Shown piece after piece: positions 51,601 to 62,318 of a stretch of 64,000 nt of DNA. Origin of the DNA: Anaeramoeba ignava BMAN (taxonomy: Eukaryota > Protista > Anaeramoebae). Numbering within the stretch: position 1 is the first letter of the stretch; the number at the start of each line of letters is the position of its first letter. The DNA lies in the NCBI GenBank assembly GCA_028826165.1, contig JAPDFW010000063.1, positions 310,001-374,000 on the forward strand, written 5' to 3'. Under the pieces are notes generated by a model. That model saw only the letters and a list, made by a program, of their open reading frames with translations. It searched no databases and was not told the DNA's origin. Position numbers and translations under genes: made by a program.

Positions 51601-53385
51601 TTGAATTTTTGAGATCCTTTTCATGATTTTTCTTTTTGATTTTGATAGGAATAGTTTCTGTTTTTTGCTTTTCATTATTTATTTCATTTTCATTATTTAT
51701 TTCATTTTCATTTTCATTATTTATTTCGTTTTCATCATCCATTTCATTGTTTTCGTTTATTTCATTTATTTCATTGTTTTCATTTTGTTCTGGATGAATA
51801 TTTTGATTTTGTGTTAGGAATAAATTTGTAGGAATTTGATTTTCATTTTGAAAATTATTTGTTTTTTCATCATTCATATAATTAGTTTGAATATCAAAAC
51901 TATTTTCAGTTTTTTGGATTAATTTTTTTTCATTTTCATTTTCATTTCCATTTTCATTTTCATTTTCAGTGGTTTTTTTCTTATGTAAATTATCAAATTT
52001 TTCAATAGTTTCATAAATTGCATTTGGATATTGGGATTCAAAACTTAATGTAACAGAATTTTCAAATTCTAAATGAATAATATCAAATTTATCAATAAAG
52101 AAGTTTTTTAAATGATTAATTTTAATATGTGATTGAATTGCTTTTGTTTGTATATCAATCATTAAAATGGAATCTTGGGAAATTCCAAGTAATGTTTTTC
52201 CTTTATCAACTTTAAAATAAATAAATTCAAAAGCTTTTGCATCTCTTAAAATATTTATAAAATTAGTTTTAACTTCAACAACACTAAGTGATTGAGTTTC
52301 TTCTTTATATTTCTTCACAATTTCATCTTCTATATTATCAATTTTTTTCCCTTTTTTATTTTTTTTTGACAAACAAAAAAAAGAAGAACAAAAATAAATT
52401 TCCTTTTTTTTTGTTAAAATAAATTTACATAAAGGATGAATAATTCTTCCCATAATTTCATCAATAGGTAATTTTTCTTCCCATCTACGTTTTAATTTTT
52501 CATATTGAAGATTTAAAGCAGCTAAAATTACAGCATTTTTTAAAGAGCAATAATGTCTTGCATTTAAAATTTCAATTTTCATCTTAAATTTAAATTTGAA
52601 TTTTTTAATTTTTTAATTTTTTAATTGTTCAAATTTTTTAAATTTACTTGAACATAAATTCTTGAAAGTTCATCATAATCAGATAGATTAAGATTAATAA
52701 CATAAGATTCATGCAAATAAACAACAACATCTGATTCATATTCAAATCCATGTTGATAAAGATTTTCATTGGAAGAAATTTGATGTAAATTTTGGAAAAT
52801 TTCTTGATTTGGATGATTCCAATAATAATCCTCATTACAAATAAAAGGGATGAAACCTTGAGATGATTTAATTGAGAATTTATTATCTGCATCTTTTAAG
52901 AAATGAGAAATTTGATGTCTTAAATTGGTTGTGATTTGTTTAATTCCAAAAATTGAAAAAATTTTAACAGGAACAAATCTTTGGAAAAGTTTAATAAGTG
53001 TTTTATTTTTAACTCCAAGTGATTTCAATGTTTGATTTGGAGAAATCCAAGTTCCTGATTCAATATCCTTGTTATTTTTTTGAGAATCATTTAAATTTAA
53101 ATTTAAATTTGGATTTTCATTTGAATTTTCATTTGAATTTTCATTTGAATTTGAATTTTCTTTTTTATTCTTTTTTTTGCGTGAAAAAATTGTTTCTTTT
53201 CTTTTTTTTGGTTGTGTTTGATTTTCTGGAATAAACATTGATAGATTATGTCCTTTTAAAATTTTAACTTGTTTTTCAAGATGTTCAATTACTTCCTTTC
53301 CATTTAATAAAGAATTTATTTTAACTGATTTTGGTTTATTATTTCCTGGAATTAAAATTCTTATTGAAATTGATTGAGCTGTCAT
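48653..53385 (-). CDS. Talin-like FERM-domain protein with helical rod
   Basis: F0 'SISIRILI..GTWISPNQTL'; F2 'DYDELSRIYVQ|MKIEILNARHYCSLKNAVILAA' (cf. talin DPVQLNLLYVQARDDILNGSHPVS); F3 'LLGISQDSILMID'. Introns 52647-52583 and probably 52428-52351. Confidence 0.75.
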
Positions 53386-53548
53386 TTTTTTAATTAAAAA
53401 ATTTAAAAATGAAAAAATGAAAAAAAATTTTTTTTTATTTTTAAAATCATTTCTAAAAAAAATTTCCGAAAGAAAGAAAGAAAGAAAAAAAGAAAGAAAA
53501 TAATTTTTTAAATTTTTAATTTTAATTTTAATTTTAATTTTTTAAATT

Positions 53549-55959
53549 TTAATTCTTTTTTCTAATTGGTCGATAAGTGCCAATTACCTAATATAAAAAT
53601 CGGAAAAAAAAAAATTAAGTAAAAAAATTTAAATTATTAAAATAAAATAACTTACAACAGCATGATCTCTTTCATATGGTTCAAGTGTAACTTGTTCTTT
53701 TGGCTTTAAATTAGCTTCTTTAAGTTTATCAATTTCTCCAGCAAAAACAGCTTCAGGTGAAATTGTACTATCAATACAATTTGCCTTTATTTGAAAGAAA
53801 AAAAAATTTTTTTTTTTAAAATTGGGAAAAAATAAGAACTTTTTTTTTTTTTTTGATATTTTTTACTTTAATAGAAATTATAAAATGTCCTCCATTTTTT
53901 AAATATTGTTCTGCATTATGAATAACAATTCTTGCTTGATCTGGTTGAGCTATATCAGCAAAAATGACATCAACCATACCTTTAAATTTTTTAAATTTTT
54001 TAAATTTTTGATTTTAATTTTTTAAATTTTTGATTTTAATTTTAATTTTAATTTTAATTTTAATTTTAAATTCAAATATAATTTTAATTTTAATTTTAAA
54101 TTCAAATATAATTTTAATTTTAATTTTAAATTCAAATATAATTTTAATTTTAATTTTAAATTTAATTTTAAATTTAATTTGAATTTGAATATAATTTTAA
54201 TTTTGATTTTAATTTGAATTTTAATTTTAATTTGAATTTGAATTTTATTTTAATTTTAATTTTAATTTTAATTTCAAATATAATTTGAATTCTAAATTTA
54301 ATTTTTACTGCAAATCATTCTATATTTAAGAGGGTGTCTTGCATCTTCAATAATTGGTATAATGTTTTTTCTTTTGTTTGCAACAGTGATTAAATCTCTT
54401 CCTGATCTTTTACTAAATTCAACAGCATAAACAATTCCATCCTTTTTTATTTTGGAAACAAAACCAATTTTAATTTTAATTTAAATTTATATTTTAATTT
54501 TGATTTTAATTTAAATTTATATTTTAATTTTAATTTTAATTTTAATTTAAATTTTAATTTTAATTTTGATTTTAATTTTAATTTTAATTTTAATTTTAAT
54601 TTTAATTTAATTTTAATTTTAATTTTAATTTTAATTTTAATTTTAATTTTAATTTTAATTTTAATTTTTAATTTTAATTTTAATTTTAATTTTAATTTTT
54701 AATTTTAATTTTAATTTTAATTTTAATTTTAATTTTAATTTTAATTTTAATTTAAATTTTAATTTTGATTTTAATTTTATAAAATGAATTTTTATTTTTA
54801 ATTTTAATTTTTTAAATTTTAATTTTTAATTTTAATTTTAATTTTAATTTTAATTTTAATTTTAATTTTAATTTTGATTTTAATTTAAATTTTAATTTTA
54901 ATATTAATTTTAATTTTAATTTTAATTTTGATTTTAATTTTAATTTTAATTTTAATTTTAATTTAAATTTATATTTTAATATTAATTTTAATTTTAATTT
55001 TAATTTAAATTTTAATTTTATATATAATTTTAAATTTTAATTTTAATTTTAATTTAAATTTTAATTTTGATTTTGAATTTTAATTTAAATTTATATTTTA
55101 ATTTTAATTTTAATATTAATTTTAATTATAATTTTAATTATAATTTTAAATTTGAATTTTATATATAAATGTACAGGTCCAACAATATCAGAACAATGAG
55201 AAACAGTAGTTCCTGAAGCAGCACCTAAATAAAGAAGTTTACAACCAGGTTTAATCCAAATATTATCAACACCACCCAAAATAGCAGCAGCAAGCTTTGA
55301 TCTAAATGGGTTCCAAAGTCTGTATTCAATTTTCTCTTGTTCTGTTTGCTAAAATTTTTTAATTTAATTTTTTAATTTAATTTTTTAATTTAATTTTTTA
55401 ATTTAATTTTTTAATTAAATTTTTTAATTAAATTTTTTAATTTAATTTTTTTTAATTTAATTTTACTTGAACTGAAATTCTTTTTTCTCCATAAACTGAT
55501 TCACCAACATTCATATTTCTAGTTGCTAAAGAATCCTCTTTTCCTCTAGCAATATAAACTCCTTAAAAATGAATCAAAAAAAAAATATTAAAAATTAAAA
55601 TTAAAAAAAAATTAAAAAAAAATTTTTTTGTTTTGTTTTATTAAATAATCCTATATTTTCTTTGTGTAAATAAATCACATACCATCATGTCTATGGGGTT
55701 CAATTATAACTGTAGATCCACCTTTAAAGCCTCCTGATTTTCTTTTTTTACCTTGAAATCCAAGATTCTCTTTTTTTCTTTTTATAAATCTTTGATTTCC
55801 TTGATTTCCTTGATTTCTTGAATTTCTTTGATTTCTTTGATTTCCTTGATTTCTTTGAAATCTTTGATTTCCTTGATTTCTTTGATTTCCTTGAAATTTC
55901 CCTCTTGGATTTTGTGATAATTTCCGATTTCGATTTCTGTTTTGATTTTTATTATTCAT
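53549..55959 (-). CDS. FBL: Fibrillarin (rRNA 2'-O-methyltransferase)
   Basis: 7 exons: 'IIEPHRHDG|VYIARGKED', '[12 protein letters not shown]', '[14 protein letters not shown]', '[13 protein letters not shown]', '[15 protein letters not shown]', '[13 protein letters not shown]'. Confidence 0.96.
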
Positions 55960-56041
55960 TTCTAATTTTATTTAAAAAAAAAGAAAAAAAATGAAAATTT
56001 TATTTTTATTTTTTTTTTTTTCATTTTTTTTCTTTTCAAAA

Positions 56042-57826
56042 ATGAATGAAATTATATTTTTTGGTTTAAATCAATATCCAAAACTTATCAAAAATGAACC
56101 AGATAAAATAACAAAACCAATTCAATTTAAATTTGAAAATGAAAATGAAAATGAAAATGAAAATGAAAATGAAAAACAAATTAAACAAATCTCATCAAAT
56201 TCCTTTTCAACAATTTTCCTTTTTGAAAATGGAAAAGCAATAGAATATTTAAGACAAGATGATTCAAATCAAAATCCTTCAAAAATCCAAATTGAAGAAA
56301 ATATTCAAAAAGTAACTGTTGGTTATCAAAATGAAACTATTTTAACAATAGAAGGAAATGTATTTGCCAAAGGAAAAGATATTAATTCAAATAATCCAAA
56401 AGAATTTATCAATATTTCATCATTAATTGAAGATATAAATGATAGAATAATTCAAGATATTATTTCTGGTTCTAATTCAATTTATTTATTAACTTCAAAT
56501 CAAAATTCTTATGGAATTGGCTCAAATTATTATGGCCAACTTGGTTTTGATTCTGAAACACTTCCAAAAACAGAAAAACCAATTTTAATGATGAAAAATG
56601 TTTCTAAGATATTTTCAGGAATTTCTTCAAATTATGTTTTTCTTTTAAATTCAAATCAAGAATTATTTGTATCTGGGTGGAATTATTGGGGACAGCTTGG
56701 ATTAGGAGAATCAATAAAAGAAGAAAAAGAAATCACAAAATTAACCAAAATCCAAAATATTCCAAAAGGTAAAATAATAGATATTCAATGTGGATGGATT
56801 CATTCAATAATATTGATTGAAAATGAAAATGAAAATGAAAATCCAAAAAGAAAACTTTATTCATGTGGATTTTATTTATCTAATGGACTTGGCAAAAAAT
56901 ATGATGAAAATATTTTTGAATTTACTGAAATCAAATCATCTTTATTTGAAAATGATGATTATATTCTTGATTTTTCTGTTGGATTTAAACATACTTTGAT
57001 TTTAACATCCAATTCAAAACTGATAGGATTTGGAAATAATTCATATGGTCAATTAGGAACTGGAGATACAAATGATCAATCAATTCCAATTCAAATTGAA
57101 CTTCCTAAATTAAGATTTAATGAAAATATTTCTAATTATCATATTTCTTGTGGAAATTCCAATTCATTTCTTTATTATTCTCCTCCTTCTTTTTCCAATC
57201 TTGAAGAAGATTTGATAAAATTATTTGAAAGAAAAGAATTTTGTGATATTTCATTTAAAACCAAAAATGGAGAAATAATTGAAGCTCATAAATTAATATT
57301 GAAATATAGATTAAATGAAAATGAAATTGAAAAACTTCAAGAAATTATTTCAAATAAATCAATTAAAGAATCAAATCAAATATTTGAAATGATTTATTCA
57401 AACAGAATAATAAATCCAATATTATATTCAGAAATTAAAGAAATTATAAATTTAAATGAAAAAATAGAAGAAACAATGAAAAGAATTTATTTAAATGAAA
57501 ATGAAAATGAAAAAGATTTTATAATTGAAAGAAAAGAAAAACAATATAAATTTCATAAATTAATATTAATAATGAGAAGTGAATTATATCGAGGAATGTT
57601 TTTATCTGTAACAGAGGATAAATCTAATAAAGTTACAGATTATAGTGAATTAAGTAATAAATCATTTCAAATATTTGAATATTGGATTTATTCAAATCAA
57701 ATTAAAAAAGGAATTCAAATTACACAAGAAATTATTGATGAAATTCAAATTGGAATTGATTATTTTCAATTAAATCAAACAAATCCAAATTTATTTGATT
57801 TATTAATTAATAAATTTAATAATTAA
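56042..57826 (+). CDS. RCC1-repeat beta-propeller + tandem BTB protein
   Basis: Intronless. GxNxxGQLG and xCGxxHS/T blades; BTB 'AHKLIL', 'RSELYRGMFLSV'. ATG 56042 chosen by comparison with the 58140 paralog. Confidence 0.9.
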   Translation: MNEIIFFGLNQYPKLIKNEPDKITKPIQFKFENENENENENENEKQIKQISSNSFSTIFLFENGKAIEYLRQDDSNQNPSKIQIEENIQKVTVGYQNETILTIEGNVFAKGKDINSNNPKEFINISSLIEDINDRIIQDIISGSNSIYLLTSNQNSYGIGSNYYGQLGFDSETLPKTEKPILMMKNVSKIFSGISSNYVFLLNSNQELFVSGWNYWGQLGLGESIKEEKEITKLTKIQNIPKGKIIDIQCGWIHSIILIENENENENPKRKLYSCGFYLSNGLGKKYDENIFEFTEIKSSLFENDDYILDFSVGFKHTLILTSNSKLIGFGNNSYGQLGTGDTNDQSIPIQIELPKLRFNENISNYHISCGNSNSFLYYSPPSFSNLEEDLIKLFERKEFCDISFKTKNGEIIEAHKLILKYRLNENEIEKLQEIISNKSIKESNQIFEMIYSNRIINPILYSEIKEIINLNEKIEETMKRIYLNENENEKDFIIERKEKQYKFHKLILIMRSELYRGMFLSVTEDKSNKVTDYSELSNKSFQIFEYWIYSNQIKKGIQITQEIIDEIQIGIDYFQLNQTNPNLFDLLINKFNN

Positions 57827-58110
57827 AATTAAAATCAAAATTAAAATCAAAATTAAAATTAAAATTAAAATTAAAATTAAAATTAAAATTAAAATTAGAA
57901 TTAAAATTAGAATTGAAATTCAAAATTAAAATTAAAATTAAAATTAAAATTAAAATTAAAATTAAAATTAAAATTTAAAATTAAAAATTAAAATTAAAAT
58001 TAATATTAAAATTAAAATTAAAATTAAAATTAAAATTAAAATTTAAAATTAAAAATTAAAATTAAAATTAAAATTAAAATTAAAATAAAAATTAAAATTA
58101 AAATTTAAAA
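57827..58110. repeat. (AAAAT[T/C])n hexamer tract, representative of many in introns and intergenic spacers
   Basis: Similar tracts at 4720-5230, 17990-18245, 22870-23645, 25260-25900, 36525-37365, 42370-42780, 44370-44860, 54460-55150 and 59920-60270. Confidence 0.9.
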
Positions 58111-58139
58111 TTATTTTTTTCATTTTTTTCTTTTCAAAA

Positions 58140-59922
58140 ATGAATGAAATTATATTTTTTGGTTTAAATGAATATCCAAAACTTATCAAAAATGAACCAG
58201 ATGAAATAACAAAACCAATTCAATTTAAATTTGAAAATGAAAATGAAAATGAAAATGAAAATGAAAATGAAAATGAAAAACAAATTAAACAAATTTCATC
58301 AGGTTATAATTCAACAATTTTCCTTTTTGAAAATGGAAAAGCAATAGAATATTTAAAAGATTCAAAACAAAATCCTTCAAAAATCCAAATTGAAGAAAAT
58401 ATTCAAAAAGTAACTGTTGGTAATGAAAATGAAACTATTTTAACAAAAGAAGGAAATGTATTTGCCAAAGGAGAAGATATTAATCCAAAAAATCGAAAAG
58501 AATTTATCAATATTTCATCATTAATTGAAGATACAAATGATAGAATAATTGAAGATATTGTTTCTGGAGCTGATTCAATTTATTTATTAACTTCAAATCA
58601 AAATGTTTATGGAATTGGTTCAAATTATTATGGTCAACTTGGTTTTGATTCTGAAACACTTGAAACAAAAAAACCAATTTTAATGATGAAAAATGTTTCT
58701 AAAATATTTTCAGGAAATGATTCACTTCATGTTTTTCTTTTAAATTCAAATCAAGAATTATTTGTATCTGGGTGGAATTATTGGGGTCAAGTTGGATTAG
58801 GAGAATCAATAAAAGAAGAAAAAGAAATCACAAAATTAACCAAAATCCAAAATATTCCAAAAGGCAAAATAATTGATATTCAATGTGGAGAATATCATTC
58901 AATAATGTTGATTGAAAATGAAGATGAAGATGAAAATCCAAAAAGAAAACTTTATTCATGTGGTTATTTTAGATATAATGGACTTGGCAAAAATGAAAAT
59001 ACTTATGAATTTACTGAAATCAAATCATCTTTATTTGAAAATGATGATTATATTCTTGATTTTTCTGTTGGATATGCTCATACTTTGATTTTAACTTCAA
59101 ATTCAAATTTAATTGGATTTGGATATAATGGATATGGTGAATTAGGAACTGGAAATACAAATGATCAATCAATTCCAATTCAAATTGAACTTCCTAAATT
59201 AAGATTTAATGAAAATATTTCCAATTATCATGTTTCTTGTGGATCTTACAATTCATTTCTTTATTATTATCCTTCTTTTTCCAATCTTGAAGAAGATTTG
59301 ATAAAATTATTTAGAAGAAAAGAATTTTGTGATATTTCATTTAAAACCAAAAATGGAGAAATAATCAAAGCTCATAAATTAATATTGAGATATAGATTAA
59401 ATCAAAATCAAAATCAAAATGAAAAACTTCAAGAAATTATTTCAAAAAAATCAATTAAAGAATCAAATCAAATATTTGAAATGATTTATTCAAACAGAAT
59501 AATAAATCCAAAATTATATTTAGAAATTAAAGAAATTATAAATTCAAATGAAAAAATAGAAGAAACAATGAAAAGAATTTATTTAAATGAAAATGAAAAG
59601 AAAATGAAAAGATTTTATAATTGAAAGAAAAGAAAAGAAATATAAATTTCCTAAATTAATATTAATAATGAGAAGTGAATTATATCGAGGAATGTTTTTA
59701 TCTGTAACAGAAGATAAATCTAATAAAGTTACAGATTATAGTGAATTAAGTAATGAATCATTTCAAATATTTGAATATTGGATTTATTCAAATCAAATTA
59801 AAAAAGGGATTCAAATTACACAAGAAATAATTGATGAACTTCAAATTGGAATTGATTATTTTCAATTAAATCAAACAAATCCAAATTTATTTGATTTATT
59901 AATTAAGAAATTTAAAAATTAA
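58140..59922 (+). CDS. RCC1 + tandem BTB protein, tandem paralog (frameshift near 59600)
   Basis: Near-identical to 56042. The frame break lies in a GAAAAT repeat, so it is either an error or a pseudogene lesion. Confidence 0.82.
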
Positions 59923-60333
59923 AATTAAAATTAAAATTAAAATTAAAATCAAAATTAAAATTAAAATTAAAATTAAAATTAAAATTAAAATTAAAATTAA
60001 AATCAAAATTAAAATTAAAATTAAAATTAAAATTAAAATCAAATTTAAAATTAAAATTAAAATTAAAATTAAAATTAAAAATTAAAATTAAAATTAAAAT
60101 TAAAATTAAAATTAAAATTAAAATTAAAATTAAAATTAAAATCAAAATTAAAATTAAAATTAAAATTAAAATTAAAATTAAAATTAAAATTAAAATTAAA
60201 ATTAAAATTAAAATTATTAAAATTAAAATTAAAATTAAAATCAAAATTAAAATCAAAATTAAAATTAAAATTTCATTTTTCATTTTTTCATTTTATTCAT
60301 TTCAAATAAAAACAAAAAATTTACATTAAAAAA

Positions 60334-62211
60334 ATGAGTGAAAATTACTTTCTTTATGCAACAGGATTTAACGAGAATGGACAATTAACACTTAGAGAAA
60401 AACAAATAATAACTTATCCACAAAAAATCGAACAATTTGGTGAAAAGAAGGTGATATTAATAGCACCAGGATATGAGAATGTGCTATATTTATTAGAAAA
60501 TAATGAATTACAACAATTTGGAATTTCGAATGAAAATCACTCAAAATTTTTTGAAGACAAATCACAAATTAAAAATATTAAAGCGGGTCAAGATCATTTT
60601 ATTGTTTTAACTGAAGATGGAAGTGTTTATTGGTGGAAAGCTGCAAATTCCAATTCCATTTATAATGAATCCACAACCCCAAAATCACCTTCTTTGGTTT
60701 TATTAAATTTTCCTGTTAAAGAAATTATTGCAGGAGGTCATTCTTCTTATTTTTTATTAGAGTATTTTTCTTCAAAACGTCAAAAATGAATGGATGAAAA
60801 AAAAAATAATTATTTTTATCATTTAAAAAATTAACATAAAAAAACAATCAAGAAATGGGGATTTATTTGGATTAGGAGCAAATAATCAACATCAAATATC
60901 CTCACAAGAAAAACAATTCTTTGATGAGCCAATCTTGATTTCAAGCAATGTCGAAAGAGCATTTTCAGGATGTTATTCACATCAAGTATTTTTTATAAAA
61001 TCAAATAAAAAATTATATTGTAGAGGATATAATCAGTATGGCCAACTTGGCACAGGAAATACCAAAAATCAACAGAAAGATTTCCACTTGAAATTTTTTC
61101 GCAATCAGAATATAGTTGATATTTCATGTGGATATTGCCATACATTGATTTGGATTGATTCAGGAAAAACGCAATCAATTTATTCGGCTGGATATATGGA
61201 ATATAATGGATTAAATCAAGACAGCCACAGCACAAAATTCAAGCGATTGCTTAAATACCAGGATAAAAGAATCATCCAAATCAGTTCTGGATCTCAATTC
61301 TCTTACATTTTAATCCCAAATAACGAATTCATTGTTTTCGGTTGGAATGATGATGGCCAACTTGGCACAAGAGATAATGTTAATATTAAACAACCCAAAA
61401 ACAATAAGCTTTCCAGAATTCCCAAAACATATTGATTTAGAAGTTATTTGTGGATCTTATTCAACTTTTTTTAAGGAAAAAATGAATGTAAATTGGATAT
61501 TATTTTCGTTTTAATTCAATCTTTTTAATTTTTAATTCAATCTTTTTCTTGTTTTCATTCTGATAGACTTACCACTCAATCCAAGATGATATGCTTCAAT
61601 TACTAAAAAGCAACGAACTTTGCGATACTTCAGTTAAAACAACTGATGGAGAAACAATTTCATTTCATTCACTTATTGTCAATTCAAGAACAAAAATCCC
61701 ACTTTCTAAATTAAAGGATATTTTATTTACAAAAACAAAAGAGGAAGTGGAAGAAATTTTAACATTTCTTTATTCTTTAAGAACTAAAAACTATGAGAGA
61801 TTGGAACAATTTTGTAAAGAGATTGAATATCCAGAATTGATTTCAAGAAACAAAAGCAATTTATACGAAAAAGATTTTGAATCGTTATTTAAAGAAGAAA
61901 CAAACAAAGATTTTTCTATTATTTGCGGAGAAACAGAATTCAAAGTTCATAAAATCATCTTGTTTGCAAGAAGTGAATTATTTCGAGGAATGTTTTTGAG
62001 TGTTCAAGATGATTCTGGAAAAGTTCATGATTACAGACAAAGTTCTCCTCAAGCAATTCAAAAATTAATCGAATTTTTCTATCTTGATCAAATTCATGAA
62101 CAAATTCCAAAAGAAATTATTTCTGAACTCGAAGAAATGATTGATTTCTATCAGTTGCATCCACAAACAAAATTGATTTATGAATTGAGAAAGAAAGGAA
62201 ATGAAAAATAA
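60334..62211 (+). CDS. Divergent RCC1 + tandem BTB protein with two introns (one homopolymer frameshift near 61400)
   Basis: Introns ~60763-60852 and ~61488-61567. Motifs 'GYNQYGQLGTG', 'SCGYCHT', 'VHKIILFARSELFRGMFLSV'. Confidence 0.82.
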
Positions 62212-62318
62212 CAAGTTTGTTTTTTTTTTCAGAAATTATTATTCAAAAATTTAAATCATTTGGAAAAAAAAATTTCATAAAATGATCCAATAAAAGAATC
62301 AAAAATTGATTTTTAATT

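Noticed and set aside
56042-59922. Diversity-generating retroelement as the source of RCC1 variability
   Set aside because: No reverse transcriptase and no template/variable repeat pair in the window; changes are not confined to adenines and are spread over all blades.
59590-61410. Programmed frameshifting in RCC1-BTB genes (59600, 61400)
   Set aside because: The breaks lie in A-homopolymer or GAAAAT repeats at non-equivalent positions, and paralogs are intact; sequencing error or decay is more likely.
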